Shown: in pieces, positions 10,610-19,232 of the stretch | How the letters are laid out: each line of letters opens with the position of its first letter | Numbering within the stretch: the stretch's first letter is position 1 | IMG/VR virus record: IMGVR_UViG_3300035498_000877 | Span: 96,001-160,000 of that record | Source of the DNA: a virus | Lineage: Duplodnaviria > Caudoviricetes | Direction: 5' to 3' (one strand) | DNA: 64,000 nucleotides | The notes under the pieces: generated by a model | The model's input: only the letters and a program-made list of their open reading frames with translations | The model's database searches: none | What the model was told of the DNA's origin: nothing | Program-made: the position numbers and the translations under genes

Positions 10610-11389
10610 ATGAGTAAAGGAACAATCAATTTTAAAACAGCGTGCCCCAAATGCGGAACAAAATTAACGATTGATAATGTTAAAAAAGAAGATGTATTGC
10701 CGGCACCAAAACTCAGAAGTGGTCACAAACCAGCTGGTGAATTACTTCTGTACAGAGAAACAACTGAATCAATCAAACAATTTCTGATTGATAAGTGTAG
10801 GGCATATGCCCCTGATATCTCAGTTGAAATATTGACGAGATATAATGAAAAGAAACATGGAAAATCATTTGATCCACACAGATGTTATGCTTATTTCATT
10901 TTAGCAATGACAGCTAATGAAGCATTGACTGCAGAGTCAGATGATATGTATGTACGTATTGGATCTGAAGGAAATGATAATCTTTCATTCATATCTGAAA
11001 TTAAGTATCATATAATCAATAAATATCGCTGGGATAAAAAGTGGCTTTCTGATACATTAAAATCATATGCAGCAATGGAAAAGCTTGAAGCTGCATTAGG
11101 TTTAACACCAGCAATGTTATCTGAGATCAATAAGTTTTCAAATCCTACTATTATTAAATCAAATAATATAGCATGGGTTGAAGTAGCAATACAGGCTGAG
11201 AAAGTTTTGGCTGATATGTTTACTGATACATCAACAAATGAATCAATTCCATTTAAGATTAATGATATTAGACCAATATCAGAAAATAACATTCAGTATG
11301 ATATCTTGGTTGATCCAGATGCTAAGAAGATACTTACACCAGATGATTCTGTTATGTTATTGATTAAGAATAGCATTAAGAATAAATAA
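10610..11389 (+). CDS. Hypothetical protein with N-terminal CPKC motif
   Basis: 259-aa ORF with RBS. Confidence 0.7.
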   Translation: MSKGTINFKTACPKCGTKLTIDNVKKEDVLPAPKLRSGHKPAGELLLYRETTESIKQFLIDKCRAYAPDISVEILTRYNEKKHGKSFDPHRCYAYFILAMTANEALTAESDDMYVRIGSEGNDNLSFISEIKYHIINKYRWDKKWLSDTLKSYAAMEKLEAALGLTPAMLSEINKFSNPTIIKSNNIAWVEVAIQAEKVLADMFTDTSTNESIPFKINDIRPISENNIQYDILVDPDAKKILTPDDSVMLLIKNSIKNK

Positions 11390-11411
11390 TTATTAAAGGA
11401 GATAAACATCA

Positions 11412-11666
11412 ATGGGAAAGACAGAAAAATTAACAGGTAAGGTTAAATGGTTCAATGAGCAGAAAGGATTTGGATACATCACAGCTGATGATGGAACAGA
11501 TTACTTTGTACATCGTTCAGGGATTAAGAAGGCTCATCCAAAGACAATTGTAGTATCAAATCTTGAAAAAGATGATGTTGTAGAATTTACAATTCAGGAT
11601 GCACCAAAGGGACCACAGGCAGTATCTGTTACAGTAGTAGATGATACTGATGAAGCTACAGAATAA
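11412..11666 (+). CDS. cspA: Cold-shock domain protein
   Basis: GKVKWFNEQKGFGYI (RNP1), YFVHRSGI (RNP2), KGPQAVSV. Confidence 0.92.
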   Translation: MGKTEKLTGKVKWFNEQKGFGYITADDGTDYFVHRSGIKKAHPKTIVVSNLEKDDVVEFTIQDAPKGPQAVSVTVVDDTDEATE

Positions 11667-11672
11667 TAATAT

Positions 11673-11698
11673 AAGGGAGGGATACTAATCCCTCTCTT
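11673..11698 (+). terminator. Intrinsic terminator
   Basis: aagggagggat-acta-atccctctctt followed by T-run. Confidence 0.75.
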
Positions 11699-11701
11699 TA
11701 T

Positions 11702-11796
11702 TTTTTACCAATAAATAAAGCTCTATTAGTTATTAAATAACACAAAATAAATACTAGAAAGGAGATATACTATTATGAGCAAGAAGTACTTGGGGG
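11702..11796 (+). repeat. Left arm of perfect 95-bp inverted repeat (leader copy 2)
   Basis: Exact reverse complement of 13294-13388; includes RBS and codons MSKKYLG. Confidence 0.95.
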
Positions 11797-13136
11797 GGGG
11801 TTCATTAAAATCCCTAATACAAACTATATTAACAACATTTCCAACAAGTGAAATTACTGAAGATGAAATAAATGATATGTACTATCCACCAAATGTATAT
11901 GGTTTTAGTATAGATCAAACAGCAACCAACTCAGATAGTGCTATATCATATATTGGGCAGAATGTAAATTATACTGCAGCACAAAAGACAGATGCTTACG
12001 TATTTGATTATGGGGATTGGAAAGATGCATTCTTTATAAAGAATCTTAGACCATGTATGTTGAATTATGATGGTACTGAGGCATATCTATTAGATCCAAA
12101 TGATTATAGTAAGAAATTAGATAGTACTGATTCAGATATAGATAATAGTGATTTTGCTGGAAATGTAATGGTAGGAATACCAAAAGTATATTTTAAGATA
12201 GTTAAAGTGGATGATGATCATATCAATTTTTATTTTTCAGATAAGAAAGTAGATGATAACTATCATTGTTGGGCTCATATAAATAACTATGGTGATGAAG
12301 TACCATATTATTATTTATCAATATATTTTGGGCAACTTATTGATGGAAAAATAAGATCATTTTATAATTCTAATGGACGTGAAACTAATTTTAACTTCGA
12401 TACAGGTATAAATGATTCTGGTATAGTTGATTATTATGAAAAAGGTAACAATATTAAAGATTATGCTATGGCAAATAATATAAATGGTAATAATATTTGG
12501 GGTTTAGAAACATATAGTAGTTGGTTATTAATCACGTTATTGTCTATTTTGATATTTAAGGATTCTGATATATCGGATATATATCGTCCATTTGGTTCAA
12601 CATGCATCTGGGGTAATTATCCAAAACTTATTAATGGATTTTTATTTAATATTCAGAATAGACAATTTCTAGTAAAACTTACATATGGTACTCAAGATGG
12701 TAGTACTGTAGAAGGATATAATTTTGCTGGAGATGGATATATTGAAGGCCCTATATTATCTTCTGCATTTGATCACCAAGATGACTGCAATAATACATAT
12801 TGTACTGCTCATGTTAACACTGACTATGGAGTTGATATAGGAATAACCGGTCGAGTGTCAAAAATGAAATTCACTGAGCAAGGTATTATGTTTCCAGTGG
12901 AAAGTATGCACTTTGAAGATGATACTGCGTATCGTTTTACAATATTTGCAGAATATGGTGATGTGTATGGTGACCCAATTACAGATAGAAATACGTTATA
13001 TTGTCTCGCTAATGGAAATTGCGCACTTAGCAGTAACGAAAAAATACCATATAATATGATATTTATTGGGAGTATATTTACTAATTTTTATTGTAAAACA
13101 TCTTTAATTTGTCTACCAAAAATCCAGACAAAATAA
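11775..13136 (+). CDS. Putative receptor-binding/tail-fibre protein resembling Firmicute phage DGR-target (C-type lectin-like) proteins
   Basis: VYGFSID...FDYGDWKDAFF...RPCMLNYDG...NVMVGIPK...WAH motifs; C-terminal CLPK; same leader and N-terminus (MSKKY) as the 1353-3353 fibre; G9 tract at 11792-11800. Confidence 0.6.
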   Translation: MSKKYLGGGSLKSLIQTILTTFPTSEITEDEINDMYYPPNVYGFSIDQTATNSDSAISYIGQNVNYTAAQKTDAYVFDYGDWKDAFFIKNLRPCMLNYDGTEAYLLDPNDYSKKLDSTDSDIDNSDFAGNVMVGIPKVYFKIVKVDDDHINFYFSDKKVDDNYHCWAHINNYGDEVPYYYLSIYFGQLIDGKIRSFYNSNGRETNFNFDTGINDSGIVDYYEKGNNIKDYAMANNINGNNIWGLETYSSWLLITLLSILIFKDSDISDIYRPFGSTCIWGNYPKLINGFLFNIQNRQFLVKLTYGTQDGSTVEGYNFAGDGYIEGPILSSAFDHQDDCNNTYCTAHVNTDYGVDIGITGRVSKMKFTEQGIMFPVESMHFEDDTAYRFTIFAEYGDVYGDPITDRNTLYCLANGNCALSSNEKIPYNMIFIGSIFTNFYCKTSLICLPKIQTK

Positions 13137-13148
13137 ATAATATAATAT

Positions 13149-13175
13149 TAGAAGAGGGATTTAATCCCTCTTCTA
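13149..13175. terminator. Bidirectional hairpin/terminator
   Basis: tagaagagggatt-t-aatccctcttcta. Confidence 0.8.
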
Positions 13176-13191
13176 TATTTTTATTGATCTA

Positions 13192-13315
13192 TTAACTAAC
13201 TGATTTGGGTAGACATTTAGGAGAGCCGCCGCAGGGCCAGCCCGAGCTAGAAACCACAACACCGAGAACCACGCACAACAAGCCCACACGACGCCCCCAA
13301 GTACTTCTTGCTCAT
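13192..13315 (-). pseudogene. Internally deleted fibre-gene remnant: MSKKYLG start fused out of frame to a DGR-VR-like 3' end
   Basis: ATG 13315 gives a 22-aa peptide; the shifted frame reads GRRVGLLCVVLGVVVSSSGWPCGGSPKCLPKSVS*; 1 A in 83 nt on the coding strand. Confidence 0.65.
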
Positions 13316-13388
13316 AATAGTATATCTCCTTTCTAGTATTTATTTTGTGTTATTTAATAACTAATAGAGCTTTATTTATTGGTAAAAA
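13294..13388 (-). repeat. Right arm of perfect 95-bp inverted repeat (leader copy 3)
   Basis: Exact reverse complement of 11702-11796. Confidence 0.95.
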
Positions 13389-13472
13389 TGAACATTTTTT
13401 GGTTATATATTTTTAATTTAAATGACCAACATATTTATCAATTCAATATTAATAAAATTGGAGGAAGTAGAA

Positions 13473-15632
13473 ATGAGTGAATATGAAGTTTATAATTTAC
13501 CAATAATAAGAACTGTTGAAGATTGCGAAAGAGAATTTCCAGATGTGTATATAATATCTAGATTTGACACATATGAAAAATTCGATGATTTTTATTACAA
13601 GATATACTATGCAATATGTGCATGTGCAGAAATTAAAGCATGTCTTAGTTACAAAATCAAATTTAAATTTTATCCAGAAGATGAAATTATCTATGAATTA
13701 TCTATGCCAAAATTATTATTAAATATGAATTCATGGCGTCCATTAATCGAATTAAATACCATTCAAGATCACTATATTAAAAAGATAGAAGTATTAGATG
13801 AATCATATATTGTGGGTACAATGATGTCTAATAAATTACGTGTAGGGTTAGAGTCAAAAGTAATGAATGTATTAAGTGATTATGGTATTACATTTGAAAG
13901 AATATCTGAATTGCTTAAAGAATTGATTGAGAGATATCAACAAGCATCAGTAGAATTTGCATTAAGCTCTAAGGCAGCAATCATGACATATGAAAGTATA
14001 TTCCTCAATGACTATAGAAACTCTGAAAAGATTAGGGAACTAAATAATACTAAGATAAGCCAGGAATTACAGACATCTGAAGTTGAAGAAGTATTAAATA
14101 AGAAAACAGCTGAACTAATCACTGAGATGGGTAAGACAAAGAATCCAATATGGTATGTATCTAAAGCTGGTAATCATATTAAAGAGAAACAGGTACAGGA
14201 ATTATTTATATCTTATGGACAGATACCAAATGTAGATGGTAATGTTATTCCATATACAATGCAGGGAAATGGATTTTCTACTGGATATATTGATCCAGCT
14301 ACATATTATGTTGCAGCTACAGGTGCTCGATTATCTAATATTATGAATAAAGCTCACATGGGTGAAGCTGGATATCTATCACGTAACCTTATATTGGCAT
14401 CTCGTACTATGACATTATCTCATACTGTATTTGATTGCGGAACTAAGCATCTATTGAAACTCCATGTTACTGATAGTGCATTTCTTCATAGATTGGAAAA
14501 CAAATGGATCACAGAAACTCAAGGTGGTAAACTAGAATTATGCCACTATGAAAAACATAAATATCTTATTGGAAAAGATATCTATGTTAGATCACTTGTA
14601 ACATGTGCTGGAGGAAATGAAGTATGCCATATGTGTTATGGTGGCGATGCTAAACTAGTAATGAATATGCCTGGTATGGCTATATTTAATACTGAAGTAT
14701 ATTCAGAACCAGTAGGTCAGAATATCCTATCAACAAAACATCTTCTATATACAGCTGCAAATAAGATTACATTTAGTGATTCATTTAATAAATATTTTAA
14801 GTTCAATGCAGGTGATATTTATCTCAAAGATAAAGATGATTGGGATTTAGATGTTCCATTCGATCAATTATACATTAGAATAGAAGAAGGTAATGTGGTA
14901 TCAGTTAATAATAATGATATGGCTGAATATAATACCTTTGGTAATAATATTGAAAGCCCATTATTTATATATAATAATAGGACTAATGAATATGATAAAA
15001 TAGAGATTATTAATTATGAATCAATGTTTATTGATTCTGAATCTATGAGATCATTTAAATTAGTATTGGATAAGACTAATGGAAAGAAATATTATCAAAT
15101 ATCATTAGTTTCATTATCATCTGATCTTGAAGGAAGATTGATGTCAATTGATATTAAGAATAATGGATTAACTGATAATCTGTATATGATTATGGATCTT
15201 ATCAATAAGAATGCTAGAAAGTATACTGATTATAATCAGTTAGCACAAGACTTCTTTGAGAGTATGATTAAAGCTAATATTAAATGTAGACATGTGCAAG
15301 TAGAAGTCATCTTAAATAGACTGATTAGAGATACTGATAATATCTATAAGAGACCTGACTTTACTAAGTTTGAAAATCCTAAATATCAGATATTAAATCT
15401 AAATCAAGCATTATTAAATACAGATGCACCTACTATTGGATTATCATATCAGGAAGTTAAACGACAAATATTGTCAGATGCATTGTATGAAGATAAGAAT
15501 GGATCTTCATACCTCGATCCATTATACGCAAACAAAGTAAGTACTAAACATCTCAAAGAATTAATTGCTAAAGTAGCAGAAAGAAAGAGGAGAGAAAAGG
15601 ATGAACGAGAACGAAGAGAGCAAGAGGAGTAA
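13473..15632 (+). CDS. rpoC: Second RNA polymerase beta'-like C-terminal subunit; probably non-virion RNAP
   Basis: ATG 13473 after GGAGG; GARLS...EAGYLSRNL (bridge helix), DCGT, RSLVTC, CHMCYG, EPVGQNILSTKH (trigger loop) and HVQVEVILNRL. Confidence 0.88.
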   Translation: MSEYEVYNLPIIRTVEDCEREFPDVYIISRFDTYEKFDDFYYKIYYAICACAEIKACLSYKIKFKFYPEDEIIYELSMPKLLLNMNSWRPLIELNTIQDHYIKKIEVLDESYIVGTMMSNKLRVGLESKVMNVLSDYGITFERISELLKELIERYQQASVEFALSSKAAIMTYESIFLNDYRNSEKIRELNNTKISQELQTSEVEEVLNKKTAELITEMGKTKNPIWYVSKAGNHIKEKQVQELFISYGQIPNVDGNVIPYTMQGNGFSTGYIDPATYYVAATGARLSNIMNKAHMGEAGYLSRNLILASRTMTLSHTVFDCGTKHLLKLHVTDSAFLHRLENKWITETQGGKLELCHYEKHKYLIGKDIYVRSLVTCAGGNEVCHMCYGGDAKLVMNMPGMAIFNTEVYSEPVGQNILSTKHLLYTAANKITFSDSFNKYFKFNAGDIYLKDKDDWDLDVPFDQLYIRIEEGNVVSVNNNDMAEYNTFGNNIESPLFIYNNRTNEYDKIEIINYESMFIDSESMRSFKLVLDKTNGKKYYQISLVSLSSDLEGRLMSIDIKNNGLTDNLYMIMDLINKNARKYTDYNQLAQDFFESMIKANIKCRHVQVEVILNRLIRDTDNIYKRPDFTKFENPKYQILNLNQALLNTDAPTIGLSYQEVKRQILSDALYEDKNGSSYLDPLYANKVSTKHLKELIAKVAERKRREKDERERREQEE

Positions 15633-16104
15633 TGCATACCAAGGTATGATAGATGCAGTAAAGGCTGAGTCTGAAGCATTTAATAAATCTTTAAAAGAAT
15701 TAGATAAGAAGAAAAAAGAGAATCCTGATATGGAAAATGATGGTAATGAAGTAGGTTATGTTTTATATAAAGCTATTCTTGATAGTAATATTAGAATGAT
15801 GGAAACTAAACAAGTTGAGGATATCTTTAATAAACTATCAATATCAATAGGAGAAGATTCAGCTTTATCAATTGTTGCACTATTTATCACATGCATGAAT
15901 AATTCATCATATAATGCATTAACGTTTTATGATGAATTATTAAAAGGAGAATTGAATCAACAATTTGAACCTATGTGTACTAATATCAATAAAAACCATA
16001 TTGATATTCAGACGCTAACTCAGGTATTAGAGATTCATAAAAAATCTATCAGCGAATTAAAAGAAGCTATTACTATCAATAATATCAATAAAGAAATGAG
16101 GTAA
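15601..16104 (+). CDS. Hypothetical protein
   Basis: 167-aa ORF overlapping the previous gene end. Confidence 0.65.
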   Translation: MNENEESKRSNAYQGMIDAVKAESEAFNKSLKELDKKKKENPDMENDGNEVGYVLYKAILDSNIRMMETKQVEDIFNKLSISIGEDSALSIVALFITCMNNSSYNALTFYDELLKGELNQQFEPMCTNINKNHIDIQTLTQVLEIHKKSISELKEAITINNINKEMR

Positions 16105-16111
16105 ACAGAAT

Positions 16112-16447
16112 ATGGCAGATGAATGTAAAAAGTTACTAGAAGATATAGCTAATGATGTTACTGATTTTAGAGAAATACTAGAAAGATATGCTTCAGAACT
16201 TAGGAATATTGCTGATCAACTTAGATCATGTAGTGATGATATTAGAGATGAAGCTATGATTTGCTCAGATAAAAATATTGATACAATAAAGTCATTTATA
16301 GAATCATCTGGAGTAAAAACTATTGCTAAGGATAGTAAAAGCAAGAAATATTATATTTCTGAAAATGATGTTATTGAAGTTCAGAAAATAAGATTACTTA
16401 ACGAGAGTTTGCGAAGTAGTACATATAAACTGATGGATGACATATAA
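16112..16447 (+). CDS. Hypothetical helical protein (weakly related to the downstream paralogue family)
   Basis: 111-aa ORF, GAGG RBS. Confidence 0.65.
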   Translation: MADECKKLLEDIANDVTDFREILERYASELRNIADQLRSCSDDIRDEAMICSDKNIDTIKSFIESSGVKTIAKDSKSKKYYISENDVIEVQKIRLLNESLRSSTYKLMDDI

Positions 16448-16474
16448 ATCAATATAATTAAAGGAGTTGAAAAA

Positions 16475-16915
16475 ATGGATCAAGATAAATTAAAACAATT
16501 ACAAGATGAATTTGAAGTTGCAAATGCTAAATTAGATCTTGCTAATACTGTAGATATTATATCCTATTATGGTGATATTCTTATCAAATATGGTAATGAA
16601 ATTATAAAAATTGGTGAGGATATCAAAATAAACTCTTCATCAGTTGAATCTTTGATAAAATCTATAGATAGTCCTCAAAGATTGAGACCATGCGAACAAT
16701 TTGTATCATATGCTAATATTCCTTTAAAAATTCCAGCTAGTTCTATTGATAGGAAAAATATTGATATTGCTGATATTGATTCATATCAATATTTATTAAA
16801 ATATCAAAAAATGTTACATGACTCAATAAATAGATTGACTAACAAATTATCAGGAACTTCAGATGATCATCATATGAAAATTAGTACGGATGATATTATT
16901 AATGACTTAGGATAA
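16475..16915 (+). CDS. Tandem paralogue family member 1
   Basis: DLANTVD...GDILIKYGNEIIKIGE motif shared with the next two ORFs. Confidence 0.75.
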   Translation: MDQDKLKQLQDEFEVANAKLDLANTVDIISYYGDILIKYGNEIIKIGEDIKINSSSVESLIKSIDSPQRLRPCEQFVSYANIPLKIPASSIDRKNIDIADIDSYQYLLKYQKMLHDSINRLTNKLSGTSDDHHMKISTDDIINDLG

Positions 16916-16928
16916 TAGGAGGAATAAT

Positions 16929-17324
16929 ATGGATATAGATAAATTAAATCAATATCGTACTGATGCAAATATAAACAATATAAGATATGAGTTAGCTAAA
17001 TCAGCTGATAATATTTCAAAGTGTGGAGATTTCTTGATTGATTATGCAAATGAAATTATTAAGGTAGCCGAAGATTTGAAGAGATATTCTAAGAAAATCG
17101 AAGACAATGTGGAAAAAATTAATAATGATAAGAAAGTATCTGATGCTGCAGTATTTGTAACAGCTACTAAAACTCCACCAAATATTCCACGGCTTTTAAT
17201 TAATTTGAAAGATCCTGATATTTATAAAACTGAATCCTTAAAATATTTATATAGCTATAGTGAAAATTATAAACATGAACTCAGTGATCTTATTTCATCA
17301 ATTAATATGATTGAAAAGAGGTAA
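16929..17324 (+). CDS. Tandem paralogue family member 2
   Basis: ELAKSAD...GDFLIDYANEIIKVAE. Confidence 0.75.
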   Translation: MDIDKLNQYRTDANINNIRYELAKSADNISKCGDFLIDYANEIIKVAEDLKRYSKKIEDNVEKINNDKKVSDAAVFVTATKTPPNIPRLLINLKDPDIYKTESLKYLYSYSENYKHELSDLISSINMIEKR

Positions 17325-17330
17325 ATTATT

Positions 17331-17732
17331 ATGACTGAGAAAGAATTAAAACATTTTAAAGATCATGAATACATTGTTAAAGCCAGAGCTGATCTTGCAG
17401 AAACAGTTGATATGTATCAAAAAACTGGAGATTATCTAATTGAATATGGTGAAAAGATGAAAACAATGGGTGAACAATTTAAATGGTATGGTAAATCATT
17501 AGATAAGAAAATAGAAAATGTGTGCACTACTACAGATGCAGGTATCGTAAATAAACTTATCGAAGCAAGGGTCACCCCTAATGTAATACCATGTATGTAT
17601 ATTCATAGAAATATTAAGTCTGATGTGAAAGTATCGGAATCTGAGCCTGTAAATTATCTACGTGGTTTACTTGAAATAATCTCTGAACGTGTAAGAGAAA
17701 TAAGAACAATACCAAAACATTTTTGGTGTTAA
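17331..17732 (+). CDS. Tandem paralogue family member 3
   Basis: DLAETVD...GDYLIEYGEKMKTMGE. Confidence 0.75.
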   Translation: MTEKELKHFKDHEYIVKARADLAETVDMYQKTGDYLIEYGEKMKTMGEQFKWYGKSLDKKIENVCTTTDAGIVNKLIEARVTPNVIPCMYIHRNIKSDVKVSESEPVNYLRGLLEIISERVREIRTIPKHFWC

Positions 17733-17753
17733 GAATATAGGGAGGATAAAAAT

Positions 17754-17897
17754 ATGATTGAAGGGTTAAGTAAAGAATACATGGATATGTATCATACGAA
17801 TGAAGAAGAATTAATAGAGATGTGTGAAAAAGGAATTGATAACATTCCATTTGAATTTTATGCTAGAACTGGTTTAGATCCCGATGATATGATTTAG
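17754..17897 (+). CDS. Small acidic hypothetical protein (47 aa, not in ORF track)
   Basis: GGGAGG RBS; MIEGLSKEYMDMYHTNEEELIEMCEKGIDNIPFEFYARTGLDPDDMI*. Confidence 0.65.
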   Translation: MIEGLSKEYMDMYHTNEEELIEMCEKGIDNIPFEFYARTGLDPDDMI

Positions 17898-17922
17898 ATT
17901 AGTTTACTTATTCACCCATAAT

Positions 17923-17955
17923 AAAAGTAGTGAGGATTTATTCCTCACTACTTTT
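17923..17955. terminator. Bidirectional terminator
   Basis: aaaagtagtgagga...tcctcactactttt. Confidence 0.8.
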
Positions 17956-18096
17956 TTCTTTATTTTCTTGAGCTAATTTATTTACTTTTTCTAATACTTC
18001 TGCTTTAATATTCTCAGGAACATCATCAATTGTTCTATATCCTTTGTTTACTAAACTTGTGTAAAAATTAATTAATGCTGTTTGTTTTACTCCCAT
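17938..18096 (-). CDS. CD1375-like small phage protein (52 aa, not in ORF track)
   Basis: AAGGAG RBS; MGVKQTALINFYTSLVNKGYRTIDDVPENIKAEVLEKV... fits the YxxLIxKGxRTIDDVP pattern. Confidence 0.7.
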   Translation of the reverse strand: MGVKQTALINFYTSLVNKGYRTIDDVPENIKAEVLEKVNKLAQENKEKSSEE

Positions 18097-18184
18097 AATT
18101 GTTACTCCTTTCAATATAAATTAATTAAACTTTGGTGTTCAGAATACATCTAACATAAAAATATTAAATATTGGGGGAATAAAA

Positions 18185-19198
18185 ATGAGCAAGTATATTA
18201 AACTTCATACATTATCAGTTGGGTATAATATAGATTTAGGACAACAATTTTTTGATTTATTACATGAATATGATGAGTATATACATTCATATTTTTTCTC
18301 AGTTCATGAAAGATTTTATAACAATCCAAATCAACCTGAATTACAATATGATGATGTTATTGATAACTTAGCATTATTAAATACATATAACTATCCTGCT
18401 AATTTATTGTTCAATAATTATAATAATAAAAATTTTGAAATATATAATCATACTATTGATAAATTACTGAATGTTGGAATTAATATAAAAGCAGTAACTG
18501 TATTAGATCTTGATCTAGCAAAATTAATAAAGACTGATTTTCCACAATTAGAGATACATTCATCTGTTAGATATTTTGATACTTATTTAAGAAATTATAT
18601 GAATCTAACACCAGTTAATTTCATAGATCATATTAATGATTTCATTGGATTAATTGATGTGGTAAATCTATCTGGTACATATAGTATGTTTGATTATGAT
18701 ATTCAAAATAAATGCAGAGAGCTTGGTTTCAAAATTAAGTATATTACAAATGAAGGATGTATTAGAAATAGAGATCTGAATTATTCAAAATTTAAAGGAT
18801 ATGAAAATAATAAATGTTATAACCCTGATAAAGGATGCCAAATTTTATGCACAAATAAATTAGTTAAATCATATCCATGGTTAGAACTAGCAAGAGCTAA
18901 TTTATATAAAGAATCTATTCAATATATTGATTATGATATTCTAAAAATATCTGGTAGGAATATATCAGATATTAATAAAATCAGATCAATGTTGAATTAT
19001 TGGACATCTGATGATGGAACTAATTATATTGCAAACATATCAATGTATAATGATATTAATACATATAATATCTTTAAAGAATACATAAGGGATTCTGCAA
19101 CATGTAATGGGATGTGTAAAGAATGTAGAAAATGTGAGAAATATTATAGTAGGATGATTTTAAGTTCAACCAAATATGAAAATATATATCAAAGATAG
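18185..19198 (+). CDS. Peptidase U32-family (Fe-S, TIM-barrel) protein
   Basis: AVTVLD, LEIHSSV, ITNEGC, C...C...C, LKISGR; extra C-terminal CxxxCxxCxxC. Confidence 0.7.
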   Translation: MSKYIKLHTLSVGYNIDLGQQFFDLLHEYDEYIHSYFFSVHERFYNNPNQPELQYDDVIDNLALLNTYNYPANLLFNNYNNKNFEIYNHTIDKLLNVGINIKAVTVLDLDLAKLIKTDFPQLEIHSSVRYFDTYLRNYMNLTPVNFIDHINDFIGLIDVVNLSGTYSMFDYDIQNKCRELGFKIKYITNEGCIRNRDLNYSKFKGYENNKCYNPDKGCQILCTNKLVKSYPWLELARANLYKESIQYIDYDILKISGRNISDINKIRSMLNYWTSDDGTNYIANISMYNDINTYNIFKEYIRDSATCNGMCKECRKCEKYYSRMILSSTKYENIYQR

Positions 19199-19225
19199 TA
19201 GTGAGTAATTACTCACTACTATCTT
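19192..19225. terminator. Bidirectional terminator (perfect palindrome)
   Basis: aagatagtagtgagtaattactcactactatctt between convergent U32 and radical-SAM genes. Confidence 0.8.
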
Positions 19226-19232
19226 CTATAAT

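Noticed and set aside
13201-13300. GC-rich island as a tRNA or structured ncRNA
   Set aside because: No cloverleaf or T-loop; the extreme strand skew (one A) fits a VR-like coding relic better.
18150-18165. AR9-like late promoter AACA-N6-TA
   Set aside because: One good match, but not consistently found before structural genes; too weak in an AT-rich background.
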